Source: Phoronis australis (taxonomy: Eukaryota; Animalia; Phoronida). Taken from it: a stretch of 64,000 bases of DNA. The notes under the pieces were generated by a model. That model made no database searches. It saw only the letters and a list, made by a program, of their open reading frames with translations, and had not been told where the DNA came from. Shown piece after piece: positions 29,701 through 42,799 of this stretch (its first letter is position 1; each line of letters begins with the position of its first letter). The stretch spans positions 663,655 to 727,654 of the forward strand of contig NMRA01000106.1 in assembly GCA_002633005.1 (NCBI GenBank), in the 5' to 3' direction. The position numbers and the translations under genes are program-made.

Positions 29701-32700
29701 AAGTAACAAGACAAATCTTTGTTACTAAAACACTGAATTATTGTACAATGACAAAGTGAATACAAAACGAATGCATAATGTTGTAAAACGTCTTCCTGAA
29801 GTACACCACTAGTGATGAAGAAGTCAGTCACTCAAGTTAATTCACGCAACTCATTATCGTGAACTATGACCCCTGAATCAACTCCACAACTAATTCAATT
29901 GGTTTGATTGGATTCACTTAGTTCCAGGGAAGGTGGATAATGATGTCCACAGATAATGTCCAACAAACAGTAACATGAACCAATACACTCTGGTCACAAC
30001 ATTGTAGTCTCTACAGAACGGTTGTGAACATGCAGCCATTCAAAATCCAGCTTCGTCACTTTCAGAGGTCCGCACTTTGGGAACCAGTTTGATGCGCGTT
30101 ATTCATTGAATAAAACTGGTTCTCGAAATCCGAACCCCTGTAAGTGACTTTTACCCGAAATCTAAACAATTAAAATGGCAGTGCAACTGGAAAAATGGGC
30201 ACATCACTGCTATTGCTGAAGGTTGCAACTTCATTCCTAAATACCAGACAACACCACAAAATACCCACACAAAACCATAACCTAAAAGGAAACAATACTC
30301 ATTTGAGATGACTTCCAGAAGGGTCGAATACCCAACCCAGTTGGCGGCATGTCCTTACCAATCCCTACATATCCGTGCCATTATTAAGGGGTAATTCTAC
30401 ATGTGAAAACGTGAAACTTGTCAACAGTGAATATGGTACCGCTGAAGATTGGGAGACGACGTGTGAGAAAGGTAAAAGCAAACCTTGAGATTCCAGGAGA
30501 AAAAATTGATAACTATGACTCAACAACTAGATGTCATTGGAAGATTTCAACAAATTAGAACAAATTGTTTGCGAAAACACCAATGCCAACAGCAAAAACA
30601 CACAGAGAACAGTTCTAACAATAGTAAAACTTGTTCGAAGACCTCAATAATTCTCTTGTCTGGGAGACAAATCTAAACTTGACATTTTTTATTTGTCTTC
30701 CATAGCGCTATTGACCAATCACTTGATACCAAACAAGTGAATCAGCATTTCCTAATTAAGGCAAAAACTGTTTACTTATTACTGTCTGGGTACACAACTA
30801 ATGCATAACAATCGTGTCAAAATAGTTTTTACAAACCCAGGGGCTGAATCTGANNNNNNNNNNNNNNNNNNNNNNNNNNNNNNNNNNNNNNNNNNNNNNN
30901 NNNNNNNNNNNNNNNNNNNGATTTTCCTCTAAGAAAGAAAGTCAATCAGTTATTACATCAGGACATTTTTTTAATCAATACTTGATCTGCTAGTAAAAAC
31001 ATGAGAAAAAGATAGTCAGCAACAGAATATGTAAACATGTGTGTGTGGGTGAAGAAGAAATCAATGAACGTCCATAAAAGTCTGCAAGGGTCAATGAATG
31101 ATCCACAACACGATACATGAGAGTGAGATGCATTTGAAAAGGTGCAAGACCGTGACATCTTTGAGAAGTATGTTTGGTGAAAAACGTACGGTAACCATAA
31201 GATCACGAAAAGTACCAGAAATAAACAAGAAATAGAAAAATGCTCTTTTGAAACACGGAAGCCAACCAAAGAACCTAAGCTTTTCACACGTTTAAAACAC
31301 TGAACACAAATGGTTACTAGGTACTTCTTGTTTCCAAGTGTACAAGCAAAATTACCCAAACCAGGTGCATTCTGCTTGTGCTGAATTAGAACCCTGCACT
31401 CAAATTTTATTAATTGACAACTTTTGAGGTCTGTTTCATGACAAGTGACTTAAGACTTCCAGAAATTTGTCTTATGCCAAACACGTATAGCCTCAGTTAC
31501 TTTATTCTTCTGTTAAAGCAAATTTTAACCATTTTTCAGAAAATTTTAACTAGCTTTCAACAGCAGAAGACTGAATTTCTTTCCTTTAAGTTTCCATGAA
31601 ACAAGCCCTTTAAGTTACAGACCTTTGATTACAATTCATTCTTACTTCAATACACATGTACTGTACTTCCTCAGTATCTATTGATTTTCATTCAGTGATG
31701 AGTACCAGATATTGATAAAGTTACTTCAACTGACCTTGCTGAAAGATTTCTACTAATTGTCAGATTGTTTCATTTAACTTTAACTGCATCAATGACCTCT
31801 GTCTAATTACAAATAATTCAGATTCATAAATGGACTTGAAATTACAAAGGTTTTCAGTCTTGAAATTCAAAGACAAGAATCTTTAAATTCATACATTTGA
31901 GTATGAACAAATAATTGAACATAAATCTATCATTTTTTTTTAAATTACTAGTCCTCCAATTGTTTTGGAGTTTTTGTGAATCGAATATTTGTATTTCTTG
32001 TCATAGTAGGTCAAACAAACGCATTAGCTCATACATCGTTTCATCATCTTGCACTATTTAACAACAAAGACAGTAAAATGATTTCCCATATTTTTGAAAT
32101 TGGACCTAGGTTGGAAAATATAAATACCTTGAATTACAATTAAATGTATAACCACCTGTGTTAAAAACAGAATGTTCAGTCACGCAAGACTAGAACAAAC
32201 CGCTCATGCTCAAGTGCATCAAATTATCTCTGATCAAAATATAGACATTCGGAAGTTAAAACAGTCAGAGCAAAACCAACCACCCACGGGACATTTTACC
32301 TCCACTGGAGCTGGACACAAAAACTGAAAGACACAAACAGGGCATTGATGCAGAAAAGATAAACTATGTTACTCAGTCTCTCTAATTACAAAGCAGGATA
32401 TGAGTCACGTTGTACTACCGTATATCACAAATTAAACATCGTCATTGGTTCAGTACACTTGTATGTCATGTCAAGCTTTTAGCTAAATTGTAAAAAAAAA
32501 ACTATTCAGGAATTGTGACTCAACAAAAAGCATATTCAAGCCAAAATTGAATTTTCTTGATTCTGAAGATCGGGACATGGATAATTTTGGCATTCACCAT
32601 TTCATTCTCAAATATCAGACAATGAATTTGATTTTGTAACAAAATGCAAAATTCATCTTCTCATAATTCTTGAGTTTAGAACAGCCAATGTACTATGATT

Positions 32701-35700
32701 TCTAAACTCCAGTAAAAGTTCTGATCTTGAGCAAAATAATAATTTTTTCACTGTCCCAATCTGGAGAATTTGTAGCATAGCATGACCTGACTTTGTAATT
32801 AATTTCAGAATGCATTAGACAATTTTACAGAATGGAGGTCTGTTTTCAACATACTCCACGGAGAAGCTTTTCAACTTTGGGTTCAGTGACAAAAAACACT
32901 GAAAACAAAAACTTGACAATCATCCTACGAACATAGCACAAAATGAAATGGGTTGACAAGACCTATGACTCTTCCAGACTTCCAATAGGTTTTAACACAT
33001 TCCCTCAACTAGAGGCAACTGTTTAGATTTCGTGGTGAACTGTCCATTTTTGGACAATGACTCACATGCTGGCCCTAATCTAGGAACAAAGTATCAGATA
33101 ATCATTCAATCCTCTGGTGAAAAATTTTGATGTTGAGTGAACATAAGAAAAAGACAATACATCTTCTCGATTAAATCAATTTTGAAATATTAAAAAGCTT
33201 ATTACGCACAAGAATAACGTTACCCCAGATTATCGTTTTAACTGAGCATAGTTCATTCATAATACATTTTTGTAACTTACACAAAAATCGGAGCAAAGGA
33301 GAAATTCAATATTCACTTTTTTCATGAAGAACCTGAAAGCTGCATCTGATTTGCAGCAAATTCTACGTCAAAATGAGAAAAAATTGGCACTATTCCAACA
33401 GTGTGTACTACATTTGTGACATCACAGTGTAGACCATAATAAAATAAAAGTACACTACATTTTCAAAACAGCAAAAGTAACAAGACAAATCTTTGTTACT
33501 AAAACACTGAATTATTGTACATAGCAATGACAAAGGGAATACAAAACGAATGCATAATGTTGTAAAACGTCTTCCTGAAGTACACCACTAGTGATGAAGA
33601 AGTCAATCACTCAAGTTAATTCACACAACTCATTATCGTGAACTATGACCCCTGAATCAACTCCACAACTAATTCAATTGGTTGATTGGATTCATTTAGT
33701 GCCAAAGAAGGTGGATAATGATGTCCACAGATAATGTCCAACAAACAGTAACATGAACCAACACACTGTGTAGTCCAGGGCTTCATCTAGGATTTCGAAC
33801 ATAGGGTGTCCAAAATGGGGTTCCCAATTTTCCAGGGCGTCCATGATTCCAACGCCGCATTACCCCCCCCTCCCCACCCCATTCACCAGTAACCCCCCCC
33901 CCCCCCAACGCACACAGTGAGGTTTTTTTACAATTAAAAAATGCGTTGAACAAGGCTTTTACACCTAAGTTTACAAAAACAGCTCCCTTGTATTGGGCTT
34001 TTTTAAGTACTAAAAAACTGTTGATCAAGACTTTTATGTTTAAATTTACGAAAACAGCCAAATAGCTTACCAAACGGGTATTACAGATATTGGTTGAACG
34101 ATGAGTGCACTGTTTTTGGTCATCTCAAATCAAATTCTGTTATAAAGTTTATTATATCAACTTCACTAGCTTTATATTCTGTACAATGAGTCATCAAAGC
34201 TGCAGTTACCAACAAAAGAAAAATGCAAAGATTATGTGTGGTTTATATTTTGACAACAGGTGTCGCTGCTGCTCCATTTTAGACGCACATAGAAAAGCAT
34301 GAAACAGGCGAAAACTCAAACATTTTAAATGGGATATTCTTGCGGCACATCATATTATTAAAATAATGACATTTATTTTGCTTTTGGTATTTTTAAAAAA
34401 AGATGAAGTACATGAAATTACAGCTCTGAAACACCAGTTTGGAGTTAAGCAAGGTCCATGTCCCTATATAAAGTACAGAATGGCAGTGGCATTTGAGACT
34501 GTTGAAAGCAGACACTCTGGCAACTAACCACATGCTAATGATTGACAGGTCCACCATATAGTTTGAAAATAATTTGAATATTGTAACATTTTAAATACTT
34601 TGTATATTTCTTTCGGAGTTGAAAGGGCCAACTTCCCGCTTTGATTAACTGGGAGTCTTAGTAATCTTTCAATGTGGGTGTCCAAACTGGAGAAATTCTG
34701 ATTGACAGGGCGTCCAAATGATACATTGGGCTCCTTGCCAAGGCCGCTACATTAGGGCCAGGACCTACGCTGCATGAAGGCCTGCTGTAGTCTCTACAGA
34801 ACGGTTGTAAACATGCAGCCATTCAAAATCCAGCTTCGTCACTTTCAGAGGTCCGCACTTTGGGAACCAGTTTGATGCCCGTTATTCATTAAATAAAACT
34901 GGTTCTCGAAATCCGAACCCCTGTAAGTGACTTTTACCCGAAATCTAAACAATTGAAATGGCAGTGCAACTGGAAAAATGGGCACATCACTACTATTGCA
35001 GAAGGTTGCAACTTCATTCCTAAATACCAGACAACACCACAAAATACCCACACTAAACCATAACCTAAAAGGAAACAATACTCATTTGAGATGACTTCCA
35101 GGAGGGCCGAATACCCAACCCAGTTGGCGGCATGTCCTTACCAATCCCTACATATCCGTGTTATTATTAAGGGGTAATTCTACCTGTGAAAACGTGAAAC
35201 TTGTCAACAGTGAATATGGTACCGCTGAAGATTGGGAGACGACGTGTGAGAAAGGTACAAGCAAACCTTGAGATTCCAGGAGAAAAAATTGATAACTATG
35301 ACTCAACAACTAGATGTCATTGGAAGATTTCAACAAATTAGAACAAATTGTTTGCGAAAACACCAATGCCAACAGCAAAAACACACACAGAACAGTTCTA
35401 ACAATAGTCAAACTTGTTCGAAGACCTCAATAATTCTCTTGTCTGGGAGACAAATCTAAACTTGACATTTTTTATTTGTCTTCCATAGCGCTATTGACCA
35501 ATCACTTGATACCAAACAAGTGAATCAGCATTTCCTAATTAAGGCAAAAACTGTTTACTTATTACTGTCTGGGTACACAACTAATGCATAACAATCGTGT
35601 CAAAATAGTTTTTACAAACCCAGGGGCTGAATCTGACGTTTGAAGATTAACAAAGTTGATTCCGCGCAAGATTGGCATGATGCCAAAGTCACACAACCTT

Positions 35701-36022
35701 GGAAAGCAACGAGAAATTTATTCAAAAAATGATATCAAAGCCCAGTTTGGTATGAGGGATAGTATCAAGCCATTCATAATACGTACGCAACAAAATAAAA
35801 AATTCCAACAGATTATGAGAGACCTGAATATCAAATCTATTTTTATTAGAGAGTGAACAAAAATAAATCAAATGAAATTTAAAATAACTCAATTTTTTAT
35901 ATTTTAACTGGTGACCGCTCACCGCACAGCTTAACCAAAGCAAACGGAAATTCTATAATGAAACAGTCATTTGCAGTAATCTCTTAGGATTTTCCAATAA
36001 AATAAAATCTAAATCTTACCAT
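2736..36022 (-). CDS. Large CAP-Gly domain microtubule-associated (+TIP-like) protein, multi-exon, 3' end beyond window start
   Basis: Phase-consistent minus-strand exons: 36022-36020 (ATG), 21281-19599, 16829-16721, 13196-13100, 10966-10915, 10385-9218, 8828-8746, 3672-3555, 2870-2736, all with AG/GT boundaries (~3448 nt, ~1150 aa). CAP-Gly domain near the N-terminus, then acidic disordered and basic Ser/Lys/Pro-rich regions. Confidence 0.8.
5266..5355. repeat. ~32-bp tandem repeat AAAATGCACCCCTGCCACAAGGCACAAG, 3 copies
   Basis: Directly visible. Confidence 0.85.
5535..9355. repeat. Tandem ~1.9 kb duplication 5535-7436 / 7438-9355 joined exactly at a single N (7437)
   Basis: Both copies begin ACACCTTACGTTCATTGG and end GGAAGCAGACG. 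The duplicated ORFs are visible in the ORF track. Confidence 0.92.
9218..10385 (-). CDS. 1168-nt exon of the CAP-Gly gene (acidic then Lys/Ser-rich disordered region)
   Basis: Core of ORF 9117..10466. Acceptor actttcAG|GTTGTC, donor CAG|GTTTGA; phase compatible with exon 8828-8746. Confidence 0.85.
11930..12062. mobile_element. Small degenerate palindromic MITE-like element
   Basis: GGTCAACCAGCTAAGACA vs TGTCTTAGCCAGTTGACC inverted match, with weaker outer matches. Confidence 0.55.
19599..21281 (-). CDS. 1683-nt exon containing the CAP-Gly domain
   Basis: Extends ORF 19554..20942 in frame: LKVGDRVTISGVKPGVLQYFGHTHFADGIWCGIALDDPDGKHGGEVEGVRYFTCADYHGIFAPATKV. Acceptor tctttctAG, donor GAG|GTAAGG. 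Confidence 0.92.
23327..23415. repeat. Short degenerate tandem repeat (CCCCACAAT-based units)
   Basis: caatctccccgcaataattgtcccca repeated with variants. Confidence 0.7.
23750..24141. mobile_element. Probable decayed non-autonomous DNA element ending GGAGTACCCCC
   Basis: Internal repeated ACCCTTTTTG-like units and a GAGTACCCCC terminus typical of invertebrate MITE families; the left end is poorly defined. Confidence 0.35.
24310..24372. repeat. 17-bp tandem repeat CAGACACTGACTCCCAA, ~4 copies
   Basis: Directly visible. Confidence 0.8.
24771..25030. repeat. Diverged ~140-bp tandem duplication
   Basis: Two units, each starting ACTACAGATGTG and containing AATTCTGA.ACTGA...AGATCACA.CATTTC.GTAA. 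Confidence 0.7.
27118..35636. repeat. Tandem duplication ~27118-30853 / 30920-35636 separated by an N gap (30854-30919)
   Basis: Both copies start ...AAGAAAGAAAGTCAATCAG and end GGGCTGAATCTGA. They differ by SNPs, small indels and a ~1 kb insertion. Confidence 0.92.
33776..34784. mobile_element. Non-autonomous hAT-like DNA transposon (~1009 bp)
   Basis: Absent from the matching site (~30002) of the other copy. Termini CAGGGCTTCAT...ATGAAGGCCTG form an imperfect TIR. Flanks GTGTAGTC/CTGTAGTC match 7 of 8 as an 8-bp TSD. No transposase ORF. Confidence 0.8.
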
Positions 36023-36080
36023 TAGCTCATGTGTGCTGGCAAAGTTTGTCAATCGAGAGACGGCAAATGTACGGTTTCAT
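36020..36080 (-). other. Putative 61-nt 5'UTR/start exon of the CAP-Gly gene ending in the initiator ATG
   Basis: tcttttccAG|ATGAAACC...GAGCTAATG|GTAAGA. An in-frame TGA lies upstream of the final ATG, and the phase-0 join gives M-ASPPSSEDNP. Confidence 0.6.
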
Positions 36081-39000
36081 CTGGAAAAGACAGTGAGGAC
36101 GAGTTCTGAATCACAAGCATAAATCAATGACTGCGTAGAACAGCGGAGAGACAACATACATTATACACGGTGCAACATTTCATTAACATAGGTAGGCGAA
36201 GGAGAGCGCTCGCATTAGTATCACAATCAATAACCTGGCGTTAGGGATTCTATGGAGAGATGACAGCAGATTTAAATGGAGGAACGCAGTAAAAGATTAT
36301 AATAAATTATAGCAACGCAGCGCACTAGACAGAAATAGCACGAAATGCTTTAATTGATTTTTTGCAGCAATGACAACATGATTCGAACTTCAAAATTTCA
36401 TCAAGATTAATTATCTGTGAATGAAAATATGATTATAAACCTAAGAAAAATAAAGTAATTTTTAAAAATGACGAGGAAAAAATCTCAATTTGATCTGAGA
36501 TAGGTAATTTTCAAAAAAAAAAATTTTTAACTGGGGTACTCTGAGCAGTGTTACTGAACACTACATTTCATGTGGACATCTGATCACACACAATAAACTA
36601 TTTTTTAGTGACAAAAGCAACTTTACAGGCATAGTATTTGCTCCTACAGAGATGTATTCTTAATTGAAATTGGTCGTAAAATGGCTGGAGTTCCTCCGGC
36701 AGCCATATTGTTCTCGTGACTCAAACTAATCGGTCTTGACAAGAAAATTTCATGAGCTTGGTCTCGAGCAATACAAGCTCAATTCTTTTTAAGCTTAGAA
36801 ATCTTTTCTAATTGGAGTTAGGAGCAAGATGGGACCAATATTATAACGGCAAGTGGTCTAAGTCAGAATATGATTTTTGGCAGAAGGGTTTATTCACCCA
36901 AGCACAGAGTTGCTAGTATTCCTCTGAAATAGAGGAGAACCCAGTATCATGGTATATACCCCTAAAGTAGTTAAAGAATAGAAGAGAATAAATTTTGAAA
37001 TGATTCCAGAATATCATAAATCAAGGAGACCTAGGACCATACAGATAATTACAAACCAGTTGCAGTGTTCTCCACGACCACTTTTAACGTGTCGCAGCGT
37101 CCTGTTTGGCCAAGCTCGCGTCCGGTTCAAATGTCCCGCGTCCTGTTTAAAAATTCAGCGTCCTGTTTAAAAATCCCGCTACTAGTTTAAAAATATAGGT
37201 ACTACTTTGTAAAAAAGCGTTGTCGTCGTTAATAAGGTCTTCACTGGTTCAAATTACGATTGACAGCAACTGGCCATATCCCAATGAAACTATTTATGGT
37301 GTAACGTGGCAAGTAAATAATCTCTCAATTATCTTTTCAATTCATCCGGAGTAACTAGTCAATTTAAACAAAGGCCCAGTGCTACCTATATGCCTAATCC
37401 ACTACCTGCTCACTGGAGGTGCAGTCCGGCACGAAAGTCGCTGGTCGTTACGTTAGGCCTATTTGCTTTTGTAGTCACCTTTTTGTGTTCGGCGGACAAC
37501 TGATCATATAACCCATTGAAAATAATTAAGACTCGGTGGTTAGTTCTGCGAAGTATATGTTGTCAGCAAAGACACAAAGACACCATTGCGCAGCAGTTTA
37601 TGCCACGGCCGTCTTCTGGGAGGCCAGAATTTTGGTTTTCGTAGCACATTTTCCATATTACGTGGGCCCCACGACACAGACTTTACTGATACCAGTCTCC
37701 AAAACATTTGCATGAAACTGCTTTTGATGGTTCTCATTGGTTGTTGTTTGTGTATTTCTCACTTAGATGAATATTATTGGTTACTTTTGTTGCCACCGGC
37801 CCATTGAGATTGACCGAGTTCATCTCGTTGCCTTTTAAGGAGTTTTGTTGGCAGCACGAACATTATATCTGTGGCGCATACTCCCTTTAAAAATCTGGCA
37901 AGCCGTTCACAAACTCAAATTCGATAGTGGCCGTGCATGACGTTTGCGGTTTCGGGGGAGTATTTCGAGATGTGGGACAGCGGGTGACGTCACTGAGTAA
38001 AGTTCAAAATATATGTGTCTCACGATGAGAAATTGCAGCCAAAATCGCGTGCTCTCATTGAAATCAAGCGGTAATATCTCGCGTAATCTCGCAGAGTCTT
38101 GTTTACCTAGCTTGGTCCTTACTTTAGTGAATTCTATCCTGGCTTCCATTACTGATTGACATGCGCATTCTACATACTTAGAAATGTCGTCAGCCTAAGG
38201 ATTATTTTAAAAACCTAGAGATGTTTCAGATAGTGATGTTGACTCAGATGAAGATACGACAGATAATCCAGGGCCGGATGGTGGTCATATTGCCGGGCTT
38301 GGTTAACGAATCGCAAATATCCGTGTCACGAACGGTGAACCGAATGCTTGCTGAAAACGTCAGACAACGGCAATACACATGAATACAATTCGCTCTAACT
38401 TGAGAATAGATGGTTTTCATCTGGAACAATGAGTTTGTGACAATCCTGAAAATCATGGGAATTCCATAGTGGCAAGCGTTTAATAATTCAATTGATATCT
38501 TTTTAGAAATATTGGTTGTCATCAACAGGCCTAACACTCCCGTTCAAGTAGATGGAAAACGCACATGAATTGTTCTGTTAAATTGTTTACCCTACCTAAT
38601 TTGCATTCATAAGGGAGGACTCGCATATTGTGCAGCTTTTTACGACAGTTATGGCAGCGCAGAAGTTCAATATTTTGTACCAGCTTCAGAACATCGAATT
38701 CAGACAAAAAGAATGCTGTGCAATACATTACACTTACAGACTGAGGGAAAACGTAGACTCTGCTATCAAGAAGGAAAAGTTTACATCTGTGTTGGACTTT
38801 TTGTACTTAGTTGACATTGACATCACAATTACTGAATATTCTAAAACATTTCCCCATACTGTATCAAACACGTCTGTAGACTTCCATTTCAAAGTCATTG
38901 ACTAAAATGGGTTATGACACGTGATATGTTTGTAAATTAAGTCCAACTTTTAAAAATAAAAAGTTGAATAAACACAGTTATTTGTTTGCACCACTGTGCA

Positions 39001-41000
39001 TTACTATTACAATGCGTGGGTAAAAATAAGGTGCACAAAAAACTGCTCACTAGCTTATGAAGAACGTTGAACGCCGCGCGGTTCCGGCACGTTGCAGTTT
39101 TTACGCGTGCGACCTGTTTAGATTTTCAGATGTGGAGAACATACACATAAATACCCGGTAATCCAAATCTGACCTACTGAAACTTACTTCATTACAAATC
39201 AAAGTAAATTGATCCAAAAACTAAATCTCTACTCTGAAACCCTTGATAAGAAGTCATCAACAGCAACATATAAAGCCTGCTTCAGGCGTGACTACAGAAT
39301 AACAAGTTCATACCATCCAGGTAGCCAAGCATTAGAAAGCAAACATAAGATTATGATAATATGTAGATAACGACTGAGATAAATTCTTTCAAACTCAGTC
39401 TAAAGAGAGTAATGAGATCACAAACTTAGATGCCTTACAGACTAATAACATGCAGTGTAATTGTATGCTAAATTGATTTTTCTATGGTAACATACTATGA
39501 GACACATATGCTGTGTGGTGGTGAAATCTACACAGAAACTCCAGGTAACAGTTTCTTGCGTCTTTACAAAATTAAATAACCTTGTTCTACGAAAAATTCT
39601 CCAATAAGGTACAGTCGATAGAAATGGAAACCCCTGCAAAATTGAATTTTATTGATTCTGGAATTAGGGACAACAGCGATTTTGGCGATCGCGCAATATT
39701 TCTCAAATTTTGGACAATGTGTTTCACATAGACGGAGTGGGTAATTTTGACGTCTTTCCAGCGACTTTTTAACTTGGGACGGCAAATACTGCCCATTTCT
39801 AAAATTTGGGACAAGCTCTGACCTTCAACAAAAAATTAATTTTTCACTGTCCAAACTGGAGAATTTTTACACCATAGGTTACTTTAAGGTTTGCATCCTA
39901 TAAACTACTAAATACTAGGCCCTGTTTCGCCAACGGATCCACAACTGATTCTAAGCAAGTACCTGTAGTGGAGTATTTTCATACATGATTTATGCATCAC
40001 CTACTAGGCAAGTAACATTTTGATCCAAAACCAACTTCACAGAAAGTTAATGAACATATTGTTGGAAGAAAAGTTCAGCATGTGGTTAAGGTTGTTATAA
40101 GCCCCACTTTGATTTAGACCACATTCGGTTATAAAATTGGCCTCCAACTGTCGCTTACTAAGGTTAGATTTGCGATTTCTGGGTTTGGGAAGAATTGACA
40201 ATAGCGACATTTCGGATTACACAGCAATAGAACTCTCCTTCATCTTGGAGGTAAGAACAAAGCATGTTGTTTTCATTGGTTTCATTTTGGAATATCCGGC
40301 ACATTTCCACGGGTAATGTTGGAAATCGTCGAGAGGATGAAAGGCCTTGGAAATATTTCTGATTTCAACCGTTTAAAAGTGCCGTAATTGACAAAGTATC
40401 TTCGAAAAAGTGCATTCAAACTTAAACCAACAAACTTTCTTTATCTACTCATTCCGCAATTTCTTGTGTTTGATGGAGGGAAGGCAAAAAAATTTAAACA
40501 CACGCGTCCAACCGTATTTGTCGAGTTTGTCTCACTTTCTCCCGTTAGAACTGCAGCACAGAAGTAATACATTGTTGGCATTGGAAGGATGAATAGAGTA
40601 ATGCGACTGAAAAAAACTTGCAATGAATACGATGACGAAGAGCATGTGGAACTCTAAAACAAGGCTACAAAAGTGCTTGACAGATAATGCAGCATGGTGA
40701 GTCAGATTCTTATCTAGTGTTGTTATGTAATAAATCCAGGGTGGCCTATGTGGGTCATAAATAAGAAGACGGCCAATAATTACAAAAATTCTTTTCTGAA
40801 CAAAATAACACCCAATTGCTTTTAAAAAAATTGAGCAGAGTTCCAAATTAACACACAGCAGATACTACATTCATCTTTATCAACTCCACCAGTCTTGACA
40901 CTGGCCAATTTCATCACCGTGTTCGTCACAGGCATAGGGGGATATTTGACCCCATAAAAAGTTATTCGTGTCAAAATACAATGAATATCATTGAATTAAA

Positions 41001-42224
41001 CATGAATATAAACATATTGAGTTATAATTAACACATACCATGACACTGGATACAATTTTTGTCAACATAATTTGAATACATCCATGAAAATCAGTCGCGG
41101 TTCACTTGAGCTTCCTTCACCAGGTGCCATTTTGAGGAAGTTAAGAGAAATCATGCCTGCTGACGAACAAAAAGTCCAAGGCACACAAATCTTACAAATT
41201 CCACTGGATATCTTCCTATGCTACATTTTGCAAGTGTCCTATGCTATGTTTTGCAAGCCAGGTCACACGCTTCGCTCAGTCTCGCGTTTGTTATTGCCGA
41301 ACTCATTTGACGTCAATTGAAATACTTTGTTATTATCGCGCACAGTGAAAAAGTTAATAGCAACCAAAAAAGTGGAGTTGGAATTCTTCACCAAAGTTAT
41401 CTTAATTCCTGTAGACATGCTTCATCAAAGATATGTATAGAAGAAAGTAAGCGCAAAGTGACATTTTAAGAGTAAAATGATGAGGTGATTACCTACTATT
41501 CGGTGACCAGATTTGGACTACTTCCATGTAAAATACAAGGAATGAGATTTGCACAGAAACCTACTGAGAGTATTTTAGCTCCTAGACAGCCAGCAGTGTT
41601 AACTATCTCAGTTGGCCATTTAGGGGCTACAATACTTCCATTCGCTTTCTGTACGCATTTCGTTACATGTATTTTAAACGGGCTGTGACCCAAATACGGT
41701 CACCGATTTTGAGTTTTCACCTCGTCAAAAATACATTGCACACTTAAAACTATCATTTAAAAAAGTGCTTACTTTCATTGTTGGTCCTTTCTACTTCTAT
41801 ACATATCTTCGAAGAAGTTTAGTTGTGAGAATTAAGGTGACTTTGGTGAAGAATTCCAACTCCACTTTTCATTAAGTTAACGTTAACTTTGTCACCACGC
41901 ACGTCATAACCACAAAGTATGTCAACTGAGTCACACGAGTTAGGCAAAGGCTAGCACGAGAATGAGCGAAGCATGTGACACTATCGCGTGACACTTGCAA
42001 AATAGCATGAGAAGGTATCAGGTGAAATTTGTAAGATTTGTATCCCTTGGAATTTTTATTCGTCAACATTTGTGATTTCACCTAACTTATTCAAAATGAC
42101 ACCCGGTAAGAGAAACTCGAGCAAACCGCGACAGATTTTCATCAATTTGTTCAAATTATCTTGACTGAATCGTCTCCAGACTTATGGTAGGAGTTGTTTA
42201 TAACTCCATGTACATATATGCATG
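41001..42224. mobile_element. Old, diverged ~1.2 kb foldback element with ~450-bp inverted arms
   Basis: Perfect 30-nt inverted match 41368-41397 vs 41840-41869, plus colinear degenerate matches outward (e.g. ACAAATCTTACAAATT / AATTTGTAAGATTTGT, ATGAAAATCAGTCGCGGTT / AACCGCGACAGATTTTCAT). Confidence 0.75.
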
Positions 42225-42469
42225 TATCATTTGATTTTATTCCTGTATTTTGAAATGAGTAACTTTTTGTGGGGATGTACTATCGCCCCTGTATGCCTGC
42301 GGCATCCAGGGCGATGTAATTGTCTATCTTGACTCTTGACTGTCCAACAACTTGAACAAAATACTAGAACAATAAAGGTTTGACACTTAACTGTAATACT
42401 TTGATATTTCAACTGTCTTAGAGTCGGACTGTAAACAGTGACCACATTCCTACTGTTGCACAAGGATAT

Positions 42470-42634
42470 CAGGGGCGGATCCAGGATTTTGAGTTAGGCC
42501 CTTTAGGGGGGCCAGGACAGAATATTAGCCAGGATTTTGCTCGTCAGACAATCGCACCCCCATACTGCCAAATGGAATCTGGGAAAATTTTAGGGGGGGC
42601 ATGGCCCCTTTGGCCCCCTCTAAATCCGCCTCTG
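42470..42634. mobile_element. Short GC-rich MITE (CAGGGGCGGAT...ATCCGCCTCTG)
   Basis: Imperfect terminal inverted repeats, flanking GATAT direct repeat, and internal GGGGGGGC...GCCCCC hairpin. Confidence 0.7.
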
Positions 42635-42799
42635 GATATAGTGACACTATCTCACCGCCGTCAACAACAACCTAACAACCTGGCAAGACACTCAGCCAGC
42701 CAGACTAACAAACGATCCCCACACGTCTACACTTACGAAGGACTGTCACCTTCACATTTTAATTCCATCAAAACAAATTAAAATATCACGAATACTTAC

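Noticed and set aside
40060-40470. Possible transposase fragment on the minus strand
   Set aside because: Multiple stops and no motif I could recognise.
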